Source of the DNA: an uncultured Gammaproteobacteria bacterium
GTDB taxonomy: Bacteria; Pseudomonadota; Gammaproteobacteria; JAGOUU01
Reading direction: 5' to 3'
DNA: 64,000 bases
NCBI GenBank assembly: GCA_963977185.1
Contig: CAXBNV010000003.1
Location: 6,082-70,081, forward strand
Below, piece after piece: positions 9,079 to 18,432 of this stretch. The notes under the pieces were generated by a model, which did not search any database, was not told where the DNA came from, and saw nothing but the letters and a program-made list of their open reading frames with translations. The position numbers were made by a program, and so were the translations under genes. Positions within the stretch are counted from its first letter, which is position 1. Each line of letters starts with the position of its first letter.

Positions 9079-10353
9079 ATGCTTAAAAAGATTATTAGCA
9101 AATGGTTAGCTCTGGATAACTGGCAAAAAATTATAATCGCCTTATTTATGGGTATAATTTCAGGAATACTCATTGGGCCTAAAATATCTATAGTGCAACC
9201 TGTAGGGGATTTATTTATGAATGCTTTGCATTTGCTCATTATACCAGTTATTTTTACATCAGTTGTATCAGCAATAACATCAATGGAAAATACTAAAAAA
9301 ATGAAAGCTATATCAGTAAAAGCTTTTGTTTTTTATGTTGTTTCATTAATATGTGGCTCTATTATAGCCATAATTGTTGGTAATTTAATTATGCCAGGGT
9401 TGGGGCTTAACTATAAAGATATAGGTGCAGCGACCGTACTGTTACAAAGCACGCCTTCTTTCGTGGAATTTTTTACAAATTTAGTGCCAGCCAATCCTTT
9501 TGCTGCAATTGTAAATGAAAATATAATTCAGATAACTATTTTTGCTATATTATTTGGAGTAGCAATTAATAAAAGTGGAGAACAAGGGAAATCTTTTGCT
9601 GTTTTCTTTAAGTCTTTATCACATGTTTCTTATAAACTTGCTGATATTGTAATGTCATGTGCTCCATATGGTGTTTTTGCTTTTATCGCATGCACATTTG
9701 GCTCATTGGGATTAAACGCGTTATATCCTTTAGTTTCATTAATTATTGCTTATTTATTAGCATCAGTTGTCCTAGTGATTATATATTTATTAATAGTAAC
9801 TGTATTTATGAAGAAGTCTCCTATTGTTTTTATTAAAAGCATTACTTCAGCAATATTGCTTGCAATTAGCACGACAAGCAGCAGTATAACAGTACCAGAA
9901 TCTATTAAGTGTGCTGAAAATAATTTAAAAGTAACACCAGAAATTGCTAGATTTTTAATACCTTTAGGCTGTAGTTTTAATCTAACTGCTCTTGTTATTT
10001 ATTTAGTGCTATCAGCTATATTTACAGCTAATATATTTGGTATTAATCTTTCTGCAATGCAATATGTTTCACTTATTATAACGGCAAGTTTATCATCAAT
10101 GGGAGTAAGTGGTTTACCAGGGTGTGGTATTATAGTTATGGGAGCTGTATTAGCTTCAGTAAATTTACCGCTTGGGGCTTTATCTTTAATATTAGGAATA
10201 GATAGAATTAACGATATGATTCAAACAGCAACTCATGTTATCAGTGATATTTTTATTGCATCTTTAGTTTGTCATACTGAAAAATTAAAATTAAAAGTTA
10301 ATCAGGAGCAAATTTTAAAGAAAAATTTAGATTTTAATATTGGTTCTAATTGA
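9079..10353 (+). CDS. Dicarboxylate/amino acid:cation symporter (DAACS), with atypical motifs
   Basis: VPANPF, APYGVFA, STTSS, GVSGLPG and GIDRI.DM motifs; ATG 9079 follows AAGGA (track start is 9034). Confidence 0.88.
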   Translation: MLKKIISKWLALDNWQKIIIALFMGIISGILIGPKISIVQPVGDLFMNALHLLIIPVIFTSVVSAITSMENTKKMKAISVKAFVFYVVSLICGSIIAIIVGNLIMPGLGLNYKDIGAATVLLQSTPSFVEFFTNLVPANPFAAIVNENIIQITIFAILFGVAINKSGEQGKSFAVFFKSLSHVSYKLADIVMSCAPYGVFAFIACTFGSLGLNALYPLVSLIIAYLLASVVLVIIYLLIVTVFMKKSPIVFIKSITSAILLAISTTSSSITVPESIKCAENNLKVTPEIARFLIPLGCSFNLTALVIYLVLSAIFTANIFGINLSAMQYVSLIITASLSSMGVSGLPGCGIIVMGAVLASVNLPLGALSLILGIDRINDMIQTATHVISDIFIASLVCHTEKLKLKVNQEQILKKNLDFNIGSN

Positions 10354-10366
10354 CTAATTAATTAAA

Positions 10367-11677
10367 TTATATTTTTTGAATTTCTGTTTTCCATTTATGA
10401 GCAATATCAAATAATTTATCTTTAGATAAATATTTAAGCTCACGATTTTTAACTAACTGATTACCTGCAACAAAAACATCTGTTACTTGAAAGCTATTGG
10501 TTGAATATACCAATTGAGAGTTAATATCATATAAAGGTTGAGTATTGAGATGATCCATGTCAATAGCAATAAAATCAGCTTGTTTATTTTTCTCAAGACT
10601 GCCTATTTTGTCTTCAAGACCCATGACCTTGGCGTTATTAATAGTTGCCATTTTGATAGCTTCAATAGCAGGTAAGGCTGTTGGATTTTGATTGTGAATT
10701 TTAGCAAGTAGCGCTGCTGTTCTTATTTCGCCTAAAATATCTAAATCATTATTACTTGCAGCTCCATCTGTTCCAATTCCAACAGTAAGACCTGCTTTCA
10801 ATAATTTGTTAGTAGGACAAATACCGCTAGCTAATTTTAAATTAGATTCAGGACAATGAATTACTTTAATATCTTTTTGTTGAAATAATTCTATTTCTTT
10901 CTCATTAAATTGCGTCATATGTACGGCTTGAAAATCAGAATTTAATATTTCTAATCTATCAAGTCTTTCTACAGGTCGCATTCTATATTCTTCCAATGAC
11001 TGTTGGATTTCTTTTTTAGTTTCATGTAAATGACAGCAAATTTTTAAATTATATTTTTCAGCTTGTTTTTTAATTTTGATAAAAGTGTCATCAGATACTG
11101 AATATGGAGCATGTGGATTTAAAGAAGCAAAGATTAATTTATGATTCTTATATTCTTGATGTACTTCTATGCCTTGTGTTATATAGTCATCAGCAGTTTT
11201 AGCCCAAGATGTTGGGTAGTCAAAAATATGAGTTCCTATATTTGCTCTGATTTTCGCATCATCTGCGGCTTTTGCTATGTCTTTTGAGAAAAAGAACATA
11301 TCATTAAAACAAGTAATTCCGTTAAGTAGCATTTCACCAATAGAGTATAATGATGCATCATAGATAAACTCATGAGACATAATTTTATTTTCAATAGGCC
11401 AGATGCGTTTTTTAAGCCATGTTTCTAATGGTAAATCATCAGCATAACCACGCATTAAAGTTGCTGGTAGGTGAGTGTGTGCGTTAATTAATCCAGGCAT
11501 TACAGCATGTTTGTCAAAATTTATAGTTTTATCTATATTATTGTAGATTTTAACAACTTGATCTTGCGGTAAAATATCAAAAATAAGATCGTTTTTAATT
11601 ATCAGAGAATAATTTTTGAAGATATCAAAAGATTTATTTAAAGTAACAAGATATTTGCAGTTAACTTGAGTTAGCAT
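10367..11677 (-). CDS. mtaD: TRZ/ATZ-family amidohydrolase (MTA/SAH deaminase-like)
   Basis: PGLINAHTH, PHAPY, HLHET, HCPESNLKLASG and GTDGAASNN motifs. Confidence 0.88.
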   Translation of the reverse strand: MLTQVNCKYLVTLNKSFDIFKNYSLIIKNDLIFDILPQDQVVKIYNNIDKTINFDKHAVMPGLINAHTHLPATLMRGYADDLPLETWLKKRIWPIENKIMSHEFIYDASLYSIGEMLLNGITCFNDMFFFSKDIAKAADDAKIRANIGTHIFDYPTSWAKTADDYITQGIEVHQEYKNHKLIFASLNPHAPYSVSDDTFIKIKKQAEKYNLKICCHLHETKKEIQQSLEEYRMRPVERLDRLEILNSDFQAVHMTQFNEKEIELFQQKDIKVIHCPESNLKLASGICPTNKLLKAGLTVGIGTDGAASNNDLDILGEIRTAALLAKIHNQNPTALPAIEAIKMATINNAKVMGLEDKIGSLEKNKQADFIAIDMDHLNTQPLYDINSQLVYSTNSFQVTDVFVAGNQLVKNRELKYLSKDKLFDIAHKWKTEIQKI

Positions 11678-11779
11678 TAAAATAAGACCTATTCAAAGTT
11701 ATGAAATTCACTTATTATACACTAATCTTTTATTAATTTGAATTATCTTTATATTTAATTATTTGGGGATCATATAAGA

Positions 11780-12943
11780 TTAACTATAATAAACAGCCCC
11801 TAAAATGCATTTATTAACAGTTGAACCTGTAATTTTTCTAAGATCTAATGGCTGTTGATTGATGTTTTTATAAGCAAGATATGCAAAAGTCATAGCTTCA
11901 ACCCAATCAGCAGGAATATTTAACTTATCAGTCGTTCCATGAAATTTTTTATCTAGTGATTCGCTAAGTTTTTGCATTAAAAATTTATTATGTACGCCTC
12001 CGCCACAAAAATAGACTTCATGAGTATTAGGACAGTATTTTGTAATATGATTAGTAATACTTGTAACGCTAAGCTCTAATAAAGTTCTTTGAATATCTTG
12101 TGCTGTACAATCATTAAATAACTTAAGTTTTTTCTCAAGCCAGTTTAAATTAAAATATTCTCTACCAGTACTCTTAGGTGGTTTAATTTTAAAATAAGGA
12201 TCATCAAGAAAAATATTTAATAAATCTTCAATTAAATTTCCAGATTTCGCAAAATCACCATTTAGGTCATAATTATTTAAATTATTAAGGTTGTTTTTCT
12301 TAAACCATAAATCTAGTAAAGTATTGCCTGGACCTGTATCAAAGCCTAAAACAATATTTTCAGTAGGATTTAAATAAGTAATATTAGCAAGACCACCAAT
12401 ATTTACGATAACTCTGTTTTTTACTTTATGCATGAAAACTTCTTGATGAAAAATAGGCACTAAAGGCGCACCTTGACCACCATATGCTAAGTCTATATTT
12501 CTAAAATTAGCAATAGTTGTAATATTAGTTTTTGCAGCAATAGTATTGGGGTTACCTATTTGTACTGTAAAACTATTTGGTTTTTCAGGTTTATGGTATA
12601 TAGTCTGGCCATGACTGCCTATGGCTTTAATTTGTTCAGGGTTAATTTTTGCTTTATGAATTAACTTTAAAACAGCATTAGCAAAAACTTCACCTAATTT
12701 AGTATCTGTTTGGTAAATTAAATTAATTAAATCAAATTTATTATAGTTATGATTATTTTCAGGGTTGTTATTAATTAATTTGTATAAATTATTATAAATA
12801 TCTTCTGGAATATCATAACTTAAAACATCTATTAGATTAACATTATTAGAGCTATTAATTTCTACTAAAACGCAGTCAATGGCATCCATGCTAGTGCCAG
12901 AAATTAGACCTATATAATAATTATTATTAAGATTTTTGTTCAT
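11780..12943 (-). CDS. anmK: Anhydro-N-acetylmuramic acid kinase
   Basis: G.ISGTSMD, GSHGQT, GGQGAPLVP, FDTGPGN and PKSTGRE motifs. Confidence 0.95.
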   Translation of the reverse strand: MNKNLNNNYYIGLISGTSMDAIDCVLVEINSSNNVNLIDVLSYDIPEDIYNNLYKLINNNPENNHNYNKFDLINLIYQTDTKLGEVFANAVLKLIHKAKINPEQIKAIGSHGQTIYHKPEKPNSFTVQIGNPNTIAAKTNITTIANFRNIDLAYGGQGAPLVPIFHQEVFMHKVKNRVIVNIGGLANITYLNPTENIVLGFDTGPGNTLLDLWFKKNNLNNLNNYDLNGDFAKSGNLIEDLLNIFLDDPYFKIKPPKSTGREYFNLNWLEKKLKLFNDCTAQDIQRTLLELSVTSITNHITKYCPNTHEVYFCGGGVHNKFLMQKLSESLDKKFHGTTDKLNIPADWVEAMTFAYLAYKNINQQPLDLRKITGSTVNKCILGAVYYS

Positions 12944-14405
12944 TTTGTATGCTGTTACTAGCTAATAAAGTTTTATTGTTTTCTAAAATATTATCTACAT
13001 TGTCTAGTTTAGTTAATATTTCATTAGAATATGCTAAAAAGTTTGTCTTTATTTTATTGGCAATTGGATTAGCTCTTGGAAGTTTTACTGTTAATGGATC
13101 TTTATGAATGCCATTGACTCTAAATTCAAAGTGTAAATGAGGGCCTGTTGCAAGTCCTGTGGAGCCGACATAGCCGATTATATCTCCTTGCTTTACATTT
13201 TTACTGTTTTTTAAACCTTGTTTATATTTTGCTAGATGACCATATAGAGTTGTATAGTTATTACCGTGTTGTAATATTATAGTCTTTCCATATCCACCCT
13301 TACGGCCAATAAATTGAATTTTACCATCGCCTGCAGCTTTTATTGGCGTGCCATATGGAGCTGCATAATCAACACCTTTATGGGATCTAATCTTATGGAG
13401 AATAGGGTGATTTCTTGCAACAGAAAAATAAGAGCTTATTCTAGTATATTTCACAGGTGTTCTAATAAATGCTTTTTTTAGGTTATATCCTTCTGGAGTA
13501 TAATAAGCATTAATTTTTGAATTAGTGTACTTTATGGCTTCATAAGTATTTTTATTATTTTTAAATCTTATGGCCAGAATGTCTCCGTAGCTATATTTCT
13601 TATTATTTAAGTACATTTCTTCAAAAACAAGAGTGATAGTATCATTGTTTCTAATATCAGTTGTAAAATCTATATCCCAAGAAAAGATGTCAGCAATTTT
13701 AATTAAAAAATTTAGAGGTAATTTGGCTTCAATAATAGATTCGTAAAGTGATGATTTAATGGTTACTTTTTGAGTCTTCACTCTTGATTCAAGTTCTTTA
13801 GTAATATATTTATAAGTATAATTATTATCTTTTTTAGTTAGCACTAATTGTTTTAAGTTATTTATATCAAATGTAAGGCTTTCTAGTTTATTATTATTTA
13901 AAGTAAATTTAATTTCTTGACCAGGTTTTAAATTAGTTAAATATTTATTTAGATTTTGTATTTTAAGTATTTGGTATAAATCATTTATTGGTAAATTTAA
14001 TGCAGCAAAAAGATCATATAAATTGTCACCTGATTTAACTTTAGCTGATTTATTTACTATATCTTCTTGTTCAATTTTTGATTTAGAAGATGTGTCTATT
14101 GTTTGAATTTTTTCAGGTTCGTTAAAAGTGATATTTTGAGGAGCTTCTTGTTTAGCTAAATTAATTTCATGCTCAGAAATAAGTTGCTCTAAAGATTTAA
14201 TGCTATTTTTAGTGGAGTTTTTATCAAGCGAATCATTAAATATAAATAAGGCACATATTTCTATTATAATGATTACTAAAAATATAAAAAATATTTTTTT
14301 ATGGTTAAGCTTGTTTTTTAAGTAAGCTTTTGTAGACTTAATTATATTATTTTTTGATGCATAATTTTTACAATTAAAATCTAGTTTGTTAGTACTGTTT
14401 ATCAC
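12927..14405 (-). CDS. M23 peptidoglycan DD-endopeptidase (MepM/OapA-like)
   Basis: N-terminal TM anchor; HKGVDYAAP, GYG, YGHL and GPHLHFE motifs; anmK/tyrS synteny. Confidence 0.9.
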   Translation of the reverse strand: MINSTNKLDFNCKNYASKNNIIKSTKAYLKNKLNHKKIFFIFLVIIIIEICALFIFNDSLDKNSTKNSIKSLEQLISEHEINLAKQEAPQNITFNEPEKIQTIDTSSKSKIEQEDIVNKSAKVKSGDNLYDLFAALNLPINDLYQILKIQNLNKYLTNLKPGQEIKFTLNNNKLESLTFDINNLKQLVLTKKDNNYTYKYITKELESRVKTQKVTIKSSLYESIIEAKLPLNFLIKIADIFSWDIDFTTDIRNNDTITLVFEEMYLNNKKYSYGDILAIRFKNNKNTYEAIKYTNSKINAYYTPEGYNLKKAFIRTPVKYTRISSYFSVARNHPILHKIRSHKGVDYAAPYGTPIKAAGDGKIQFIGRKGGYGKTIILQHGNNYTTLYGHLAKYKQGLKNSKNVKQGDIIGYVGSTGLATGPHLHFEFRVNGIHKDPLTVKLPRANPIANKIKTNFLAYSNEILTKLDNVDNILENNKTLLASNSIQNEQKS

Positions 14406-14515
14406 TTTTCTAATTTTATTATTATAATTTACAATGGGCTAGATGTTACTCTTTAGGATAATATATTAATATGTTAAAATTGTCATGTTTTTAATGACTG
14501 AAAATTAATATTTTT

Positions 14516-15766
14516 GTGAGTGAGTTAATACACAGTATGAATGATAAATTAGCTTTATTAGAGCGTGGTTGCGAAGAAATTATATTAAAAACTGATTTTG
14601 AGGAAAAATTAAATTCAGGTGTTCCATTAAGAATTAAAGCAGGATTTGATCCTACTGCTCCTGATTTACATTTGGGGCATACTGTATTACTAAATAAATT
14701 AAAAATATTTCAAGATTTAGGCCATGAAGTATTATTTTTAATTGGTGATTTTACCGCTTTCATAGGTGATCCAACAGGCAGAAATATTACCCGTAAACCT
14801 TTAACAGAAGAAGATATCAAAAAAAATACTCAAACTTACAAAGAGCAAGTTTTTAAAATTTTAGATCCAGATAAAACCAAAGTTGTTTTTAATTCTACAT
14901 GGCTTAAGAAACTAAGTCCTATAGATATGATTAAGCTATCTAGTAAGTATACAGTAGCTAGAATGCTAGAGCGAGATGATTTTCATAAAAGATTTACAAA
15001 AAAGCAACCTATATCTATTCATGAGTTTTTATATCCTTTATTACAAGGCTATGACTCTGTTGAGCTTAAAGCAGATGTAGAGTTAGGTGGTACTGATCAA
15101 AAGTTTAATTTACTTATGGGGCGTGAGTTACAAAAAAATTATTATAATTTAGACTTGGATAATAATAAGCAAGATAGTTTAAAGCTTCAAAGCATTATGA
15201 CTTTGCCATTATTAGAAGGTTTAGATGGAATTAAAAAAATGTCTAAATCTTATGGTAATTATATAGGTATATCAGAAGATAGATTTTCTATGTTTAGTAA
15301 AATTATGTCTATAAGTGATGAGCTTATGTGGCGTTATTATGAATTGTTAAGTTTTAAAAGCAATATTGAAATAGATGTTTTTAAACAAAAAACTAAAGAT
15401 GGTTTAAATCCAAAAGAAGTAAAAATTATTTTAGCTAAAGAATTAGTTACTAGATATCATAGCTTAAATGACGCTGATAAAGCAGAAGAAGAATTTATAG
15501 CAAGATTCAAGAAAAAAGAAATTCCAGATGATATCCCGGAAATAACCTTAAATTTAAACCAAGACCAAAATAATATAGCCATACCTAATTTATTACAACA
15601 AGCTGGATTAGTATCCAGTACGTCTGATGCTATTAGAATGATTAAACAGGGTGCTGTTAAAATTAATAGTGAAAAAGTGTCTGATAAAAATCTAACTATT
15701 GAAAAAAATAGTAATAATATTTATCAAGTTGGTAAAAGAAAATTTGCTAAGGTTCTTATAAGTTAA
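14516..15766 (+). CDS. tyrS: Tyrosine-tRNA ligase
   Basis: [18 protein letters not shown] and C-terminal S4 domain; the start may be ATG 14537. Confidence 0.97.
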   Translation: MSELIHSMNDKLALLERGCEEIILKTDFEEKLNSGVPLRIKAGFDPTAPDLHLGHTVLLNKLKIFQDLGHEVLFLIGDFTAFIGDPTGRNITRKPLTEEDIKKNTQTYKEQVFKILDPDKTKVVFNSTWLKKLSPIDMIKLSSKYTVARMLERDDFHKRFTKKQPISIHEFLYPLLQGYDSVELKADVELGGTDQKFNLLMGRELQKNYYNLDLDNNKQDSLKLQSIMTLPLLEGLDGIKKMSKSYGNYIGISEDRFSMFSKIMSISDELMWRYYELLSFKSNIEIDVFKQKTKDGLNPKEVKIILAKELVTRYHSLNDADKAEEEFIARFKKKEIPDDIPEITLNLNQDQNNIAIPNLLQQAGLVSSTSDAIRMIKQGAVKINSEKVSDKNLTIEKNSNNIYQVGKRKFAKVLIS

Positions 15767-15772
15767 AAATAA

Positions 15773-15803
15773 ACCCTCTCCTACAATGATTGTGGGAGAG
15801 GGT
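15773..15803 (-). terminator. Hairpin between convergent tyrS and typA; likely the typA intrinsic terminator
   Basis: ACCCTCTCCTACAA-tga-TTGTGGGAGAGGGT, a 14-bp stem with one non-Watson-Crick pair; followed by TTATTTTT on the minus strand. Confidence 0.7.
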
Positions 15804-15836
15804 GGTTGCGCGCCGCCGCGCCTCTCTCTTACTTGA

Positions 15837-17633
15837 CTATTTCACAAGCTCTTTCTTACGAAGCCTAATGTTCTTAGGTGTTATTTCGACTAGTTCATCT
15901 TCATTAATAAAATCTAAAGCATATTCTAATGTTAATCTAACAGGTGGCACCAAAACAATATGTTCATCTGTTCCTGATGCTCTAACATTAGTTAATTTTT
16001 TACCTTTTATAATGTTAATTACTAAATCATTATCTCTGTTATGAATTCCTACTATCATTCCAGGATATATTTCAGTTTGCGGTCCTATGAAGAATTTACC
16101 ACGAGGTTGTGCTTGGAATATAGCATACCCAGTTGCAACGCCTTTATCTTTAGATATTAATACTCCATTTTTTCTGCCAAATTTTATATCAGAGTTGTAA
16201 TCTCCATAATGTTCAAATACATGAGTAGAAATACCAGTTCCAGATGTAGTTGTTTGAAAGTAGCTATGAAAGCCTATTAAACTTCTTGCAGGAATAAGAT
16301 ATTCTAATCTTACTCTTCCTTTGCCATCAGGCTCCATGCCCTTCATAGCGCCTTTTTTTTCACCTAAATAGGTCATCAATGTGCCTTGATGCTGTTCTTC
16401 AATATCTAAAGAAAGTAGCTCATAAGGCTCATAAGTTTTATCACCATCTTTTCTTAAGATAACTTTAGGCTGTGATACAGCAAGTTCATAGCCTTCACGA
16501 CGCATTGTTTCGATAAGAATGCCTAAATGTAGCTCTCCTCTACCTGAAACAACAAATTTATCAGCATCATCAGTTTCTTCAACTCTTAGTGCAACATTAT
16601 GAATGATTTCTTTTTCTAATCTTTCTTTTATATTCCTACTAGTAACAAACTTTCCTTCTTTACCAGCAAAAGGGGAGTTATTGACTTGGAAGGTCATTTT
16701 AATAATAGGTTCATCTACTGTTAATGGAGCAAGAGCTTCTGGGTGACCTTTTGCGCATATTGTATCAGAAATAAATAAGTTTTCTATGCCAGTAATAGCA
16801 ACAATGTCTCCAGCTTCTGCTGTATCAACAGGTGTTCTGTCTAAACCATGATATCCTAAAATTGTATTAATTTTACCATTTCTAAGATCGCCATCTTTAT
16901 CAATAATTGTTACTTGGTCATTAGTTTTCATGGAGCCTCTGAATATACGGCCAACACCAATAACACCTAAAAAAGAAGAATAATCAAGGGAGCTAATTTG
17001 CATTTGAAACGGTCCATCTTTGACTACTTTTGGAGGAGCCACTTTGTCAATAATTAAATCTAGTAGAGGATTCATATTATCACTTTTAGCGCCTTCTTCT
17101 AGAGTGGCAAATCCTTGAATAGCTGATGCATAAGCAATAGGAAAGTCCAGCTGTTCATCTGATGCACCTAGGCTATCAAATAAGTCAAATATTTGCTCAA
17201 TAGCCCATTCAGGTCTTGCACCATCTCTGTCGATTTTATTAATTACTACTATTGGCTTTAAATTAAAGTTAAAAGCTTTTTGAGTAACAAATCTTGTTTG
17301 GGGCATAGGGCCTTCTACTGCATCAACTACTAGTAATACAGAATCAACCATAGATAAGATACGTTCAACTTCGCCGCCAAAATCGGCATGCCCAGGAGTA
17401 TCTACTATATTAATTTTGTGATCACGCCATTTGATTGCTGTATTCTTTGATGTAATAGTGATACCACGTTCTTTTTCCAGTTCATTGGAATCCATAACTC
17501 TTTCAGGAACGGCAGATCTTGAATCTAATGTTCCAGATTGAGTTAAAAGTTTATCAACTAATGTAGTTTTACCATGGTCAACATGGGCAATAATTGCAAT
17601 ATTTCTGATTTTGTCAGCACTGATAGTAGTCAT
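15837..17633 (-). CDS. typA: Translational GTPase TypA/BipA
   Basis: [36 protein letters not shown] and C-terminal ELVEITP..IRLRK motifs. Confidence 0.97.
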   Translation of the reverse strand: MTTISADKIRNIAIIAHVDHGKTTLVDKLLTQSGTLDSRSAVPERVMDSNELEKERGITITSKNTAIKWRDHKINIVDTPGHADFGGEVERILSMVDSVLLVVDAVEGPMPQTRFVTQKAFNFNLKPIVVINKIDRDGARPEWAIEQIFDLFDSLGASDEQLDFPIAYASAIQGFATLEEGAKSDNMNPLLDLIIDKVAPPKVVKDGPFQMQISSLDYSSFLGVIGVGRIFRGSMKTNDQVTIIDKDGDLRNGKINTILGYHGLDRTPVDTAEAGDIVAITGIENLFISDTICAKGHPEALAPLTVDEPIIKMTFQVNNSPFAGKEGKFVTSRNIKERLEKEIIHNVALRVEETDDADKFVVSGRGELHLGILIETMRREGYELAVSQPKVILRKDGDKTYEPYELLSLDIEEQHQGTLMTYLGEKKGAMKGMEPDGKGRVRLEYLIPARSLIGFHSYFQTTTSGTGISTHVFEHYGDYNSDIKFGRKNGVLISKDKGVATGYAIFQAQPRGKFFIGPQTEIYPGMIVGIHNRDNDLVINIIKGKKLTNVRASGTDEHIVLVPPVRLTLEYALDFINEDELVEITPKNIRLRKKELVK

Positions 17634-17725
17634 ATATAAATATTATTTAAGTTGTATTTGATAGATTATAGTTAATTAAATAAGTTTAATTAAAATTTAA
17701 TTAAAAGAGATATTGTAATTAAATT

Positions 17726-18346
17726 TTACTGTAAGTCTAGGATTTTCTTTTTATTAATGATAATCCATTGTAATGCAACTATAGATGCAGCATTACATAT
17801 CTTCCCTGAATTTAATAAATCTTCAGCTTTATCTAGTGACATAAGGTAAGTTTTGATGTCTTCATTTTCAAAATCTAGACCGAATATGCCAGGAATATAT
17901 TTTTCAGTAAAAATACCACAGAATAATTTAATGCGTTCGTTATTAGCTCCTGGAGATACTAAATAATCATGCATAGGAATTAATTTTGTTATATTACATC
18001 CTGCTTCTTCCTGACACTCACGTATTCCAGTTTGCTCAAAAGATTCATTTGTATCAATAATTCCTGCCACTATTTCTAATAACCATGGATTAAAATTGGC
18101 TTTGAATTGATTTAATGGATCTATTGCTCCAATTCTAAATTGTTTTATTAAAATTACTTCATTTGTAATTGGGTTATATGGTAAAACTCCAACACAAGGG
18201 CTTCTTACAAAAATCTCATGTTCTTTAACATTACTAGTAGAACCATTAAATTTTTGATGATTAAATGTAATATTGAAAACTTTACAAAAACCATCGTAGA
18301 GTTGTTTAGATTTTAATATATTAAATTTTAATTTATTTTTATCCAT
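17726..18346 (-). CDS. nudF: ADP-ribose pyrophosphatase (Nudix)
   Basis: QFRIGA, WLLEIVAG, Nudix box RECQEEAG, SPG and E.EDI motifs. Confidence 0.88.
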   Translation of the reverse strand: MDKNKLKFNILKSKQLYDGFCKVFNITFNHQKFNGSTSNVKEHEIFVRSPCVGVLPYNPITNEVILIKQFRIGAIDPLNQFKANFNPWLLEIVAGIIDTNESFEQTGIRECQEEAGCNITKLIPMHDYLVSPGANNERIKLFCGIFTEKYIPGIFGLDFENEDIKTYLMSLDKAEDLLNSGKICNAASIVALQWIIINKKKILDLQ

Positions 18347-18378
18347 AGAAATTGGAAATTAGAAATTTTAGTAATATC

Positions 18379-18421
18379 ATAAACTATCTAGCATTATAAA
18401 TTATAATGCTAGATAGTTTAT
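18379..18421. terminator. Perfect 21-bp-arm inverted repeat downstream of rne
   Basis: ATAAACTATCTAGCATTATAA-a-TTATAATGCTAGATAGTTTAT, ending 11 nt from the rne stop. Confidence 0.65.
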
Positions 18422-18432
18422 ATGAACACAAG

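Noticed and set aside
15790-16044. 84-aa plus-strand ORF, or tRNA fragment (..GCAACCA on the minus strand), in the GC-rich patch
   Set aside because: The ORF is antisense to typA. No cloverleaf or T-loop GTTC is present.
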